From Picochlorum sp. SENEW3 (Eukaryota), in contig CP120458.1 in NCBI GenBank assembly GCA_034226945.1, positions 186,001-250,000 of the forward strand: a DNA stretch of 64,000 nucleotides, in the 5' to 3' direction. Made by a program: the position numbers and the translations under genes. Of this stretch, positions 12,617 through 24,750 are shown one piece after another. Numbering within the stretch: position 1 is the stretch's first letter; the number at the start of each line of letters is the position of its first letter. Below the pieces are notes generated by a model, which was not told the origin of the DNA, ran no database searches, and saw nothing but the letters and a program-made list of their open reading frames with translations.

Positions 12617-13390
12617 TCAATCAATTTGCCAATCCTCTGAAGCAAGATTCTTGGCTGCTGATTCAGTTTTCTCTGGAGTTTTGTGGTCAGTATATTCTGC
12701 AACTGTGGGAGTCCTGTGCATATTCACTGACTCTTTTTCCTCTCCTCCCTCATCAAATGCAATGTGAAGAATACGCCTCGATAGTTCTTTATTCTCTAAC
12801 GCTAGTGTCTCATTCAGAAGCCCGAGTTTCATATTCTCTTCCCTCAGTCTGGCAATTTCAATCTCCTCCATCAAGGCATACCTTTCCCAGGTTATGCGAC
12901 CATCCCTTTCAGTCGCAATTTCACTTATTGCACTAGTCTCGGATGCTGAACATTTCTCTTTGAGGTTGTCATCAACATGGCCAAGCACAGAATGATCATC
13001 ATTACTGCTTATGGCAGGGTTCACACAGGCTTGAATAAGCGAATTCAGTCTACTTTCTAGTGTCTCAACCTTTTGCTACAACGCAAACGCCTTGTAATTG
13101 AAGACTACACTGATGCCATACGATATCAACATGCAGGCTTCCTTTGTGAAAATGCATACCTGTAGGACACGGTGCATGGTCCACTCCTCTTCACGTGTGT
13201 CTCGACATTTGCTGGTCCCATCCCCTCCCGCACAGGCATACTCGGCACCAAAATCTCTCATCCAAGCGCAAACCTGCCTCACTGCCTTCCATCCGATCAG
13301 TAATGAGATCCAGAGTCTCGTATCAGCAAGAACCCCATAAGAAAACCCGACTCTGCTAGGAAAGGGAGACACAGCACTTGAATGAAACAT
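12617..13390 (-). CDS. Hypothetical coiled-coil protein, spliced
   Basis: ORFs 13076..13396 and 12617..13024 can be joined by a CAG|GTATG..TTGTAG intron. EIARLREENMKLGLLNETLALENKEL is heptad-like. Ends are uncertain. Confidence 0.4.
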
Positions 13391-13658
13391 CGCCACGCAT
13401 CTAACAATCTAGTGTTTTATGAAATATCAATTCTTTTTGTCTCACTGACCAGATTTCCTGGGTGTGAAAACGTTGGTTTTGAATTTTGGTAGTGACACTG
13501 GAGTGCAGATCTGAATGGACAAACTATTCGGGAGAAGCATTTTTCGGGACGGTCCTCGACCACTACTACAGGATATATCTCACACATCTCGCCTCGATAA
13601 ATTACTTTCTCAACATTTTGAAGTACGCTTGAATCAACCAAAGTACATCTGATTAAAA

Positions 13659-14411
13659 ATGATGATGTTGAGCGTACAGGGAGTTGTGGCTCAGCAGCCA
13701 GCGAGACATGCGGCGAAAGGAGTTGCCCACGTTGGGGCTGTACCAATGGCTGCATTTGGTCGCCCTAAGAATCAATTTGTTCAAAATGTGGTTAGATGCA
13801 AGGCAGCGGAAGGTATGTTATTGGCTATTCTCGACAATCGGGTTCTACTGCAGTCGCAGTGCGATGCAGGGCCTATTTCCTGAATGGGTGGGCATAAGGA
13901 TCCCTATCGTGACTCATAGTTCAAGTTGACCAATATATCTCTGGCTGATTGTGCCATGAGAAGGGTGGGATGCTCTGTCCACATTGAATAACGCTGCATC
14001 AGTGGACTTCTACAACCTGACTTTCGTGTTCTATCGTGTGCAGTTGAGTCTACATCAGTCACAAATAGCCCCAACCCATCGTATGAGGGAGTTGCTGACA
14101 CATACGCAGTCGTCGACATTGGTGGTCACCAGCTCATCGTGGAAGAAGGACGATGGTACAGTGTGAATAGACTGGAGGCTGAGCCTGGTAGCAAGATACA
14201 ATTGGGACGTGTGCTGGCACTCAAATCAGCTGGCGAGTTCAAGGTTGGAAAGCCATATCTTGAGGGTATCACCGTTGAAGCAGAAATCATGGAGGAAATG
14301 AAGGGACCAAAGGTTACTGTGTACAAGATGAAGCCAAAGAAGCACTACCGTCGCACAAATGGGCATCGTCAGCCATTGACTAAATTCTTGGTCACGAAAA
14401 TTGGACAGTAA
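13659..14411 (+). CDS. RPL21: Plastid ribosomal protein L21; intron 13813..14043
   Basis: Transit-peptide exon joins in phase to [40 protein letters not shown]. Confidence 0.95.
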
Positions 14412-14475
14412 GAAACGTTTCTGGATTTTAATACATTCGTTGTAGAAATAGTTACATTTAAATATACGCGTAGCG

Positions 14476-16295
14476 TCATGCTTTACTTGCACGCCAAGCC
14501 TGCAGAGGGTACTTTTCGAGTCTTCCAAGAACAGCCCTCAGCCAGAAGAGAAGCAGCAGTCCCATCGCACATGCTGCAAACGAGACAGTGTAGAATCCAT
14601 CTTGAAGGGTATTGCACGTCCCATTATCCTGCTCGCACGATCCTGGCGTCCCTGATGACGTGCCACAGACTTTACCTGGCATGGGGGTGCCAGTTTCCTT
14701 GTCAACACATTCCCTCCTCGTTGCAAAGTCAATCAATGCGAATACGAGAACTTTGGGCACCACGACGCCTATATTTGCTACTGTATTCAACATGGTAAGA
14801 TAGGCGCCGCCCATGCTTGGGTCACTGATTCGATTATAAAAATCTCCAAGGGCAGTAAACATGAGAGTTGATGAAAACGATGTCATGAGCCCCAAAGCTA
14901 CCAGAATACCAAATGCCACTGGAGCAGCAGATATATCTGAGGCTCCCATTGGGAATAAGAATACACAAAGTGTTGTCGCAGCAGCCATGACAAGGCGGAT
15001 TCTGTATCCCACAAGCCAGGGTCGCAGTGGGTGAGAGGATGCTGCCCATCGACCGGCAACTAAAGCTGACAGCAATTCTATGGGAAACTCGATCAAAACC
15101 AAGCTTGCTAGAGCTTCTTTACTAACACCTTTTTCTAACAACTTCAATGGCGCAGCGCTCTCTGCAGGAAGCATTCCTAAACGAGCAACAATCAACACAA
15201 CACACAGCATTTTCACAGGAGGAAGCCGCACTGTTCTCCACAACTGCGTATACGCATGCTTGATACTTTTATACGCGTTTGTCTGTTGTTCTTTCGATAC
15301 TTCCATTCCATTCTCTACATGAGACATTTTCCGCGTTACCATACGTTTGCTTGGCCGGGGACCCAGAGTTGGTGCTGCCTGGTCCACCACCACACTCTCC
15401 TCATCCTCCTCTCTCACAACAGACTGGTGCGACTGCGCATGAACAGGCCGTTCTTTCTTGAGCACACCAACAAAAAGCGTCACAACAAGGTATGCCCACC
15501 CCCAAATCTCCAAATACTGCTTCAGACTAACGAGAGGAGGTCCATTCTTGTCCATTCCAAAATAAGCTGCGCAAAAGGCAGGATCATTCAGAGCCAGAAA
15601 TATCGTAAACGATGAAAAGTATCCTATATTCATTCCAATAGTTTGACACGTTGCCGCATACCCCACATTCTTTCTCGACAAGAGCGTGAGCGCCCAACCA
15701 TCCACAGCTATATCCTGTGTTGCAGCCAACAACACCAGCACAAAGAAATACACAGTCACCTTGACTGCATCCCCACTAAACAGCATATGCTCCACCCAAC
15801 CAGCATATCGAATCATAATAAACCCAGAAATCACCTGCAAAGGCAAAATCCAACTCTTCCGCTGCCCGATCCGAGCAACATGAAGCGTGTCCACAATCGG
15901 ACTCCACAGCAACTTGAACGAGTATGGATACCCAGCCAGCGTGAAGATACCAATCTTGGTATACGACATTGTATTCCTCATCAAAAAAGGCCTACAGGCA
16001 TCAATCGTATGTATTCCGGTAAAAAGACCACTGCCTCGGAAGAAGAAGAAGAAGAAGATGAAACAACAAACACGCACATGCTCCCCATACTCAGACCCAG
16101 AGGCACCCCCTGAATCATGTACAATATCACCAAGAGCAACGCACTCTGCCACTCTGACTTCAACGAGTGACCCTCACCGTCATGAGATCCATCCAAAACC
16201 CCCTTCACACAACCACAACAACGTCAACTCGATTCCCTCCAGGTAGATGACACACTCCTCCAACGCACCCGTCGCCTACTCACACTCCCCCTCAT
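14476..16295 (-). CDS. SLC33A1: Acetyl-CoA transporter (SLC33A1/AT-1, AmpG-like MFS), multi-exon
   Basis: Motifs LYMIQGVPLGL, YPYSFKLLWSPIVD, ATQDIAVDGWALTLL and SDPSMGGAYLTMLNT. The 5' start is approximate. Confidence 0.9.
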
Positions 16296-16987
16296 ACTAC
16301 TTCGCTGACTATTCAATTTCTTTGCACCCTTCTGTATCACAGCACCCATGACGTGTATTCCTAAATAGCTATAGTTGATCAATTCCAATCCTGGCGATCA
16401 GCAACATTTTTCGATCAACAACAATCCTCATCATCACTACACCATTCCATTTGTATATATATCTTTTATTAAATATGAACAATACCATGGGAATATATAC
16501 CTTTCTATCTATGGATGTAGCCAATGACAACAAGTGTGCAATTGCCATTCGAGCCTTGCTTGCTCTAGTATGTACACGGGCACTAGTGTATGTATGAACA
16601 ACATCATCAACAACTACCAGATCTATGCTTCCATGCAGATTCTCCATCCCATTGAGTGCATGAATCAATGCCTTTTTCAAATCCATAAAGATGTATATAT
16701 CCATGGCCAATGGCCATGTTGGGTGAGCTATTGCATGAGGGTGAATGTACAAGTGAAATTGGATGCTCAATTCCATTAGAAAAACAGTATTCAGTCTTTA
16801 TGAAGTTTACATAAGTATGTAAACACTGTTGAGGGGAGAATGAAGTCCAAACGACGTGGACAAAAGACTCGAGACAAGGCAATCACCATGGTATGATGCG
16901 CTTTTTCTGTCTAGGCATTGCCAATACTTGAGCATCAGTACTCATATCATACTGTTATTTGTATTTTTATGATGAAATCAACAGGCT

Positions 16988-18259
16988 ATGCTTGGATCTG
17001 TGGCGGTGGTGATTGTGGCCTATCTAGTGCATAGTCTGTTTCTTCTTGGAAGAGACCCACAGAGTAGTCCAGAGACTAGGATATGTGCTAACATGATTGT
17101 GAAGGATGAGGCTCATACTATTGTGTCGACAATGGAGAATTTGGATCCTCACGTGTATCAGTATTGTATCTGTGATACTGGGAGTACAGATGAGACTGTG
17201 TCTTTGATACAGGATCACTTCCGTAGGAGTGGAAAGACATTGTCTAGAGTTCTTCATCATCGATGGAGGAATTTTGGGCATAATAGAAACTTGTGTTTGC
17301 GGGATGGGTATACAGCGATGAGGAAAGACTGTGATTATTGGCTAGTGTTGGATGCAGATCAACAGGTGTATAATGAGGGAGGAGAGAAACTGGTGGATCT
17401 TGCGTTGACGCATGATGCGTATCGTTTGCGGGAAGTGTCTCATGGGTCTGAATATCATCATCTGCGGGTGATTCGAGTGGGTGAGAATTGGAGGTATGAG
17501 GGGGTGATTCACGAGGTGTTGGATTCAACAAGACCGTTTCGCAGTGGGGACATTCCTACTTCTTTTTACACACTGCATGACACCAAGTTTAATAGAGGTA
17601 TGGAGAGGGATATTGAAATCATGGAAGATGAGCTGAAACGGGATCCTTCTAATTCCAGGCTGGCATTTCACCTGGCATTGGCATACTTTAATGTGGACAA
17701 GCCCAAGGCAGTCCCATGGTATGCACGGAGGATACAATTTGGGCCATCGTCATCGCAGGATGAAGAAGTGTTCTGGAGTACGTTTGCCTTGGCTCAGCTT
17801 GTGGATGTGGCGCATCGCACAAAAAATGCAGACTTGATACAAGCACTGCAGAAAGAGGGCATCTTGGACACAGACACTATTACAATACAAGAGGTGCAAA
17901 ATGCATACATGCATGCAGCAGATGTGAAACCGTACCGATTCGAACCTTGGTTACATGTAGCATCATTGTATTGGTATTATCCAGAACACAAGGATGCGCA
18001 CGCATGCTACAGATTTGCCTCCAAGGGTGTCAAGGCTGGACCTATACTGCCCCATACCTTGTTTGCACAAAACACCACAGAGTATTCTCTGAATCATTTA
18101 GCATGCGCGTGCGGTCTCGAGGCTGGACAGCCCAGAGAGTCTTGGATAGATTCGTGTTCAAAAGTTGTCAGTGACTTGAGCAAGATTAGCCATTTGACAT
18201 CGTATCAAAGTGCTCTCAAAACAGACTGTGAGAACATCATCAACAAGGCATCACCGTGA
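16988..18259 (+). CDS. GT2-like glycosyltransferase with N-terminal membrane anchor and TPR-like C-terminus
   Basis: Motifs MIVKDE, CDTGSTDET, WRNFGHNRN, LVLDAD (DxD) and WRYEGVIHE. Helical repeats follow (DPSNSRLAFHLA, PYRFEPW). Intronless. Confidence 0.85.
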   Translation: MLGSVAVVIVAYLVHSLFLLGRDPQSSPETRICANMIVKDEAHTIVSTMENLDPHVYQYCICDTGSTDETVSLIQDHFRRSGKTLSRVLHHRWRNFGHNRNLCLRDGYTAMRKDCDYWLVLDADQQVYNEGGEKLVDLALTHDAYRLREVSHGSEYHHLRVIRVGENWRYEGVIHEVLDSTRPFRSGDIPTSFYTLHDTKFNRGMERDIEIMEDELKRDPSNSRLAFHLALAYFNVDKPKAVPWYARRIQFGPSSSQDEEVFWSTFALAQLVDVAHRTKNADLIQALQKEGILDTDTITIQEVQNAYMHAADVKPYRFEPWLHVASLYWYYPEHKDAHACYRFASKGVKAGPILPHTLFAQNTTEYSLNHLACACGLEAGQPRESWIDSCSKVVSDLSKISHLTSYQSALKTDCENIINKASP

Positions 18260-18300
18260 TTGACGACAGGATATGAATGTATTTACAGCGTATTATTTTT

Positions 18301-18371
18301 TCATTGAATGAATCTGTTTTCTTCTTATGTAATATGACGACAGTAGTAGTAATAAAGGAAAAAGGGAGGGA
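18301..18371 (+). repeat. 71-bp direct repeat, copy 1 (copy 2 at 30905..30975)
   Basis: tcattgaatgaatctgttttcttcttatgtaatatgacgacagtagtagtaataaaggaaaaagggaggga; one mismatch to copy 2. Confidence 0.95.
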
Positions 18372-19980
18372 CAAGGAACGACTCGACTGTTCCAGGTGCC
18401 AGATATCTATTCAGTAGGAGATCAGGGACTTCCGCCATTGGTCTCAGCTTGCGACTGGTCACCAGATTTGTAAACAGTACTGCCTGCGCTGCTGCAGGAT
18501 GTATATACTGGGATAACTGCCTGTTTGCCCATCCACCTGCTGCAGAAAGGTTGTTCCCATTCTTGGGAAGTTCTTGGAGTCTGGCACCTGAGCGACAGGA
18601 TAAATGCCGCGTGATCTGTGTGGACCACCGAAGATTCAATTGACTGCACTGTGATGGATTTCAGAAGTGGTTCCAATTGCTTCGAACCATAGAATCTATC
18701 TAATCAGCTCTTGGTGACGCAGCGTGGCTCTTGCTGGGTCACATGCTCGTTTGTGTAGGCAGCTTGGTCCCTGATGGTGTTGCTGCCAAACTCGCATATG
18801 TCTGTGTTGCCAAACGCATTGGCCCATAATTTGGCTGGGCGTCTGTATGGATTTGCTCTGTGGAGGTCTTTGTATCACGCTGATGTGAGACAAAATTGGA
18901 GTCATCTTCCCAGAGAACCTGTTGGCTTTTTCCAGTTGTTGTTTCAGGATGCGAGTGCATGGCTGTATATCCGAATCTCGTGCTGAGCCTGTATTGGGAA
19001 AATATACCGAGCTAGTATGTACGTTGAATCCAGGTCCTCTAAACGTCCTGTCAGTATCACTTACAGAAAGGATGGTAGTCCCCTTGATTTTGGGTCGCTG
19101 ATTTCGTCGCGTACAGGGCGTTATATATTCCCGCTCGTATATATTATTGATCAGTGTTACAAATAGAGTATCTCGTGAAAATTTGACGCCAAATGGTTCG
19201 CGCAATCGGGAGTTCGCCTCTCGGAGGGATGTGCAGATGCGCTTGAAACTGAGCGTCTAAAAGGTGTGCTCTCGGCGGAACAACGCCGTTCCCAGGATAC
19301 AATATGAACTTTTAAGTATTAATGCAACTTTTTAGAGCGGCGGTAGTGCCTGAAACGGTCGCAGTACGGAGGATCGAGTCTTGATCATTTGGGTCTCTTT
19401 AAGTGCCTGCAGTGGATTTCTGCCAAATTTTCGCAGCCGGGTTGTATTTAATATATCTAATTACGACATCTCGTTGCTCGCCCCCTCCGGGGCTGCTCGA
19501 TTTTTTAATTCTTTTTACACGATACTTTACAATTCGATTTATTCATTGCTTTTCCACCAATGATCACCCCTTGTTGTGCCACTGTAGGCACTGGGGCGAC
19601 CATTGGGGAAAAACCGTTAACCGTCTGTTGCCAGACGGCGAGTCCTCTCCGTTTCACGTCTATTCACACCTGCACCACACATAATTGTCAGTTCTTACCT
19701 TTATTAATTGTTTGGCGACGTGATTGGAGGGACTCTATACCTGCAGGCACATATACAAGGGTGGTCGTTAGTGATGGATTGTCGTTGGTCACGCTGCGAG
19801 CGAGTCGCTCTGCTACGAATTTGGAACTTACATTAGAGTATATTGTTTATTTATTGATACTGTATCATTCTGAGGCTGTATGGGCAGTGCTAAATATTCA
19901 CTTGGAAAAAACAATACCCGTCCAACCCAACCGCCCGGCTCACTTGTGCATCTCCAGGGTGCCATGATGTGGGTCAATTC

Positions 19981-20579
19981 TAGGCTTGGGTCATCGGCAT
20001 AGCGAGCTCCCGGCATAGCGGCTCGCTATGCCATAGTCTATGCTATGCTATGCCGTTTCTTTTGGCCCGATATGCTATCTCAGAAGATCCTCCGATCGAA
20101 AGATGGGCTTAGTAGGAGGGTGAAAGAAGGCCATCTCCATGCTGCCCAACAGAATTTGAACTGCACTTCATCGAATCATCTGATTCGCTGGGTGAAAATG
20201 TGACATTGCAACGATCTTGATTGAATCCAAGAGCATGCACCAGGACAGTCGAAGGTGAAGAATTTTATTGATCAGGTTGGCATAACTGCCTACAGCCATC
20301 CACCTTTGGTTGGTCGTTAGAAACACTTTTGTAGCGGGAATTGTGTCTGGATCCTTGTCTGTGATATATATGGTTACTAATTGCATCTAGAATACGTTTT
20401 CAAAACAAATGGAGGCCCTCTGTGGCAGAATCAAGGCAAATATGCTGCAACTACGCTCCAGCATATCGATTTCGTGACAGTTGTGCCCATCAAAGGGGTC
20501 CTTTGACCCATCAATATGTTGAAAACGGCATATCATGCCGCTATGCCGTTTTCACCTTCCAGCATATTACCCAACCCTA
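19981..20579. mobile_element. Non-autonomous hAT-type DNA transposon (599 bp)
   Basis: Imperfect TIRs TAGGCTTGGGTCAT / ATTACCCAACCCTA (12/14). Perfect 8-bp TSD GTCAATTC at 19973..19980 and 20580..20587. Subterminal GGCATAGCG/CGCTATGCC motifs at both ends. Confidence 0.88.
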
Positions 20580-20580
20580 G

Positions 20581-21702
20581 TCAATTCTCTTTGTCTTGTG
20601 CATCCTCGAGAGGCCTCCGTCGCCTGGATGTCCCTGTGATATATGGTTTAGCGTATTCGTTGCCACAATCCTGCGTTCGTCGCTGCTTCGCACCACGCTT
20701 TGCCCCTGGACGTCTGCTCTTCAGTTGCTCCACCTCCTTCTGGAGTTCGGCCAACTGTTTCTTGAGGATATCCCTTTCTGCCTTGGCGTCATCCTCTGAC
20801 TTATCTTTCTTGGAAAGCAGTTTCTTCAACCGCTTGTTCTCCTCGTGTACATGTTTGACACTGTCGAGTGCTTGCTTGTGTATTTGTTCAGACATGAGAG
20901 CTTTAGCCTTCCCATCGAATTCAGGATGTTCCTCTCTGACTTTGTCAAGATCGTCGATGATAAGCGAATTTGAATCATTTCCAGAATTTTTCTTGGCCCC
21001 TGTAAAGATTAAGGAATACTTGTCTGGAGAAAACCACGCAGGGAGCTTTTGTAACACGAAGGGTCTCAGATGCTGCAAGTGCTCTTGGGTGGAAAACCTC
21101 TTGTCGCCTTCTGCCGCATGGTTCAGTCCATCTAGATACTCTCCAATGCAATCGATAAGATATCTTCCAAATTGAAGGTACCAGTGACGATCTGCATCCA
21201 TGTTTTTCCGGACACCGTCTCTGACATGTCTGTTGTGATTATTCCGGTGATTTGAGCTCAGGTATGCCATGAGTTTATCCCCTGTGTATGCCGAAACCTT
21301 GGCCAGTTCTCCACATTCTAGCATGACTTTTTCTTTGCATACTTCAAAAAGGAGTTCATGCGCTATGGGCATGCCTTTTTTCTGTGGCATGTATGCTTGG
21401 CATTGTTCAAAGTCACCATTCACAGGAGCCCTGGCCCAGTACTTCATGCAAGCCTCGCGGGCGTGCTTCTGTATATGCTTGTCCTCAACAAACAAAGACT
21501 CTGAGTTGTCATCGATTGAAATCTCGCTACTGTCGTCAATATCTACGGGAGAAGAGTTGTCAACTTCACCAGGAGGGTCTGCCTCGCACCAGTGTAACAG
21601 GTGTGTGACGTCGGGTTTCAGACAATGTGGGCTAACTCGTACTCCTAAATGCACTATGACACTAGACACATATATAGTAAAGCAAGGAACTAGCTTGTTC
21701 AC
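20581..21702 (-). CDS. Orphan ORF with C-terminal coiled coil and basic tail; possibly the 3' part of a decayed gene
   Basis: 373-codon open frame with protein-like composition (acidic patch, heptads, KRGAKQRR). No family recognised and true start unclear. Confidence 0.5.
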   Translation of the reverse strand: MNKLVPCFTIYVSSVIVHLGVRVSPHCLKPDVTHLLHWCEADPPGEVDNSSPVDIDDSSEISIDDNSESLFVEDKHIQKHAREACMKYWARAPVNGDFEQCQAYMPQKKGMPIAHELLFEVCKEKVMLECGELAKVSAYTGDKLMAYLSSNHRNNHNRHVRDGVRKNMDADRHWYLQFGRYLIDCIGEYLDGLNHAAEGDKRFSTQEHLQHLRPFVLQKLPAWFSPDKYSLIFTGAKKNSGNDSNSLIIDDLDKVREEHPEFDGKAKALMSEQIHKQALDSVKHVHEENKRLKKLLSKKDKSEDDAKAERDILKKQLAELQKEVEQLKSRRPGAKRGAKQRRTQDCGNEYAKPYITGTSRRRRPLEDAQDKEN

Positions 21703-23019
21703 ACGAGTAGATCGACAGCATCGACGCAGACGCCTCTAGAGCTGGCTTGAGATTATAGGCAGTGTGTCTAGACCGCTTCACAGAATCTTCAAGCCCTCGC
21801 AACAGCTTCAGCTCACCTCTATCTACAAACTCCCTTTCTGGGAGATCCTCATGGATACTCAGGTGAATGCTCAGAAGACACAGAAAGAAAAAGCATGTGT
21901 TTGTGGCCACTCAAATGCCACACCAGGTAGAAACCATTATTATGCCACAGAATGCAGCATTGCTTATAGCCTATATCAGCACCTTGCCACAGGTCTTGGC
22001 ATTCCAGTCACCCAGCCTTTCTCCCGGGTCGGTAGCTCAGATACGTCTCCCCATCATTCGTTGGCGAGATTCTGAGCACCGATGGGAACTTGCCAGATAG
22101 TGTGTGTTTACTGTAGTTCTTTTCCCTCTTGTCCTAGCTTCTTTTCCCCTCTTTCGGTTGCCTCATACCTCAGTATTTTATTGGACAGCTACTTCTCGCT
22201 GAAAAGTTGTGTTTTTATGGCACTCTGGATCAAGGTCGTTTATGACAGTTTTACCTGCTAGGGTTACTCTGATTCATGGATCGCTGGCCAGCGATTCGAA
22301 TGACACATCTATACTTTATTACATTGATTAATTAATCCCCTTATAAGGGCTGCGAGGAGATTTAGTACGCGCCAAGGGAGCTACATCGTGAAGAAATTTG
22401 GAAGCCTATTAACGGCCCTCTAACCACCCGTGGTACCTGCACATTGTCCATTTGACATATTTCTCTGGTATCTGCAGTGTTTTGTTTGAGCCAGTGTGGC
22501 AGGGTGAATAAAACAGATTTCTTCGGCCTTCAAAATGACGACTGCTCCTTATCAAGGATAGACAGAGCCCCCACAGCTGTGGGCCTGCAGGCCCGATACG
22601 GTGGTGATCCTGATATAAGCGCATGCGGCATTCACACAGCAAGTACTTTAGTTTTCAGACAGATCGGTCCTTGCGAGGGAGACCGCCGTAAGACGATCTT
22701 ACGAGCCTCTAAAATAAGGCCCGCATCTCTGCATGTCCACTTGTCCTTGGAGAAATCCGACTTCTTTCCAAATGGCAGGAGCCCGAGGGAGGCCAACTTG
22801 TGTAGGAAGCACTGTGCCGGTCTGTCACGTGAGAGACCTCAGTCTGACACGAAAGTGTACAGTCCACCGGGGACAATCACATGTCAGCAGATGGTTTCTA
22901 TGAGTCGCAAACTTTTTCTAGTAATATTGTTTAATAAACAATAGTTTCTAATAAATTCATACACGCACAAGTCCTTGGTGAATTGGATTGAATTCGCGAC
23001 GGTAATTTGCTGGTAGATC

Positions 23020-23646
23020 ATGTCCTATACACGTCACGCCGTTGCATTGACCCTTGCTCTCCTGGGTGTATGTGCCGACGCCCGCACGATGGGAATACTC
23101 ACGTATGTTGTCTTGTGTCTCTTGTTTGATGATTCGCTATGTAATCTATCTTATGATCGCATATTGTGCAGGGACGAGACCCTTCCCGGGATGGCTCCCG
23201 GACCCATATTGAGTGAACCTACCTTTGCAGTAAAAAGAAATACGTCTCTGAACGCGACTTCAGCCCAAAGATTCAACCCGCTAAACTTACCGGACTACGC
23301 ACAGTTCGCATTGAATGATAAATCTTATGGGAACTACTGCGGGAGAGACGTCGGTTCGGGAATACCCATCAACGATCTCGACGAATGCTGTGAAGACCAT
23401 GATAGGTGTCATAAGGGCAACTGCTACAGAAATTCAAGAAATTGTAGATGCAACCAAGCTTTCAGGTCCTGCGTCTCCAGAGCGAAGAATTCTTGCAGAT
23501 GGTGGCAATATTTCACTTCATATTGCAGTAATGCCCGTGCCATATATGATTATGCTGATAATGCAAGGAATGGTGCGTGTTACGGTGAGGTGACGAATGG
23601 ATTCTTTTACTTTGTGTGTGGCGGAGAATGGGGCAAAGGCACCTGA
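23020..23646 (+). CDS. Secreted phospholipase A2-like protein; probable in-frame intron 23103..23171
   Basis: Signal peptide, Ca2+-loop YGNYCG, catalytic DLDECCEDHDRCH, Cys-rich. Confidence 0.85.
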   Translation: MSYTRHAVALTLALLGVCADARTMGILTYVVLCLLFDDSLCNLSYDRILCRDETLPGMAPGPILSEPTFAVKRNTSLNATSAQRFNPLNLPDYAQFALNDKSYGNYCGRDVGSGIPINDLDECCEDHDRCHKGNCYRNSRNCRCNQAFRSCVSRAKNSCRWWQYFTSYCSNARAIYDYADNARNGACYGEVTNGFFYFVCGGEWGKGT

Positions 23647-23807
23647 TCTTTTACTATCCAAGGTGGCAAGTAAGTGTTCTATCTGCCTCTGAACAAAGTA
23701 CCACTTGCTCGGAGTGCTGAGGGACAAAGGCAGACCTGCATGCATTAACATATTAGTTCATGAGCGACTAAATTTTACGCTTTTAAACCGTGTACAATAC
23801 ATATTTT

Positions 23808-23913
23808 ATTAATATATAAATTTCATTGAAAAGTGGTAGGGAGAGCATCAGAGCAGAGGCTGATGGACAAGACTATGGAGATGAGTGTGAGCTGCTGTGG
23901 TTTTTTGCACCGG

Positions 23914-23958
<45 letters not shown>

Positions 23959-24750
23959 CTGAGGTGTTGAGCTTGCATTGTCATCATGTCAGCATGAATT
24001 CTCTCGTTACTATTAAACATAGAGTTGCATTCAAGAAAGAAGAATACTAAATGAAGAGGCCCTCGTGTGGCGTAAATGATTGTCCTGTAGCGTTGCATAT
24101 ACACTGGCAGACATTTTGTTGCATGTAGTGGCCTCCTGTTTGACCGCTACGTGATGTCAACTACGAGTGGTCTTTCATTACTTTATCTTATGATCATACC
24201 TAGAATGTAAATATTAGTAGCGTCAAAGCTTGATAATGTACTCCATGTGTCCTCTCTTCTCTGAAAAATGTCAGCCAGACCAAGGCATCTGCAAAATTTC
24301 CAGTGATTCTAGCCTTCCACATGCCATATTTGTGAGAAAATATCAATTTATGTATTCAGAAAATGCCTCTACTACGAATTTGGCATGTTGGTTTTGAAGA
24401 ACTCTGGTCAAAGTTGAATCTGAAGATTTTGGAAATTTTTGGGCAAAATTGGCCGAATAGAACTCTCAATTCATGGTATCGCTTCAAAACTATATAATGG
24501 AGCTATTTTGATTCTCGGGAACATTGCATCCATCGGCCTCCTGATTGGTACGTATCCTGAATGATGGTCTGGCCCTGCTCTGCACTTCATTGCAGTTCTG
24601 GTTTACTGCAGCAGAGAGTCAATTCAGGGGAATCCTCTCGATGAGATTCTTTGCGAAGTATCATGATACTAAAATTACAATGAGAGAGACCAAGTTGCTG
24701 TATGCAACGCTCTCCTCGGGAGTACTGGCCTTGTTTCCGTTCTCATCTAC
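23808..24750. repeat. ~0.95-kb dispersed repeat, copy A (decayed coding/mobile sequence; copy B ~44473..45425)
   Basis: Colinear similarity by eye, e.g. gcagaggctgatggaca, agagttgcattcaagaaagaa, cctgtttgaccgctacg, gaatttggcatgttggtt, ggagtactggcct. Confidence 0.9.
23919..23954. repeat. (TA)18 microsatellite
   Basis: Directly visible. Confidence 0.97.

Noticed and set aside
13849..13860. 12-mer TGCAGTCGCAGT shared with 51677..51688
   Set aside because: A single 12-mer match is expected by chance in 64 kb.
16369..16900. Possible RAD51/RecA-like fragment (IDLVVVDDV)
   Set aside because: Only a Walker-B-like stretch, no Walker A, broken frames; insufficient support.
18380..19970. ORFs and GC-rich stems at the left of the first island
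   Set aside because: No recognisable protein motif, TIR/TSD pair or RNA family; left unannotated.
20566..20580. ACCCAACCCTA as an interstitial telomere repeat
   Set aside because: Single unit, better explained as the hAT TIR with a matching TSD.
20516..21739. Long + strand ORFs (219 and 156 aa) and many similar 60-170 aa ORFs across the window
   Set aside because: Antisense shadows of real coding frames, with no independent motifs.
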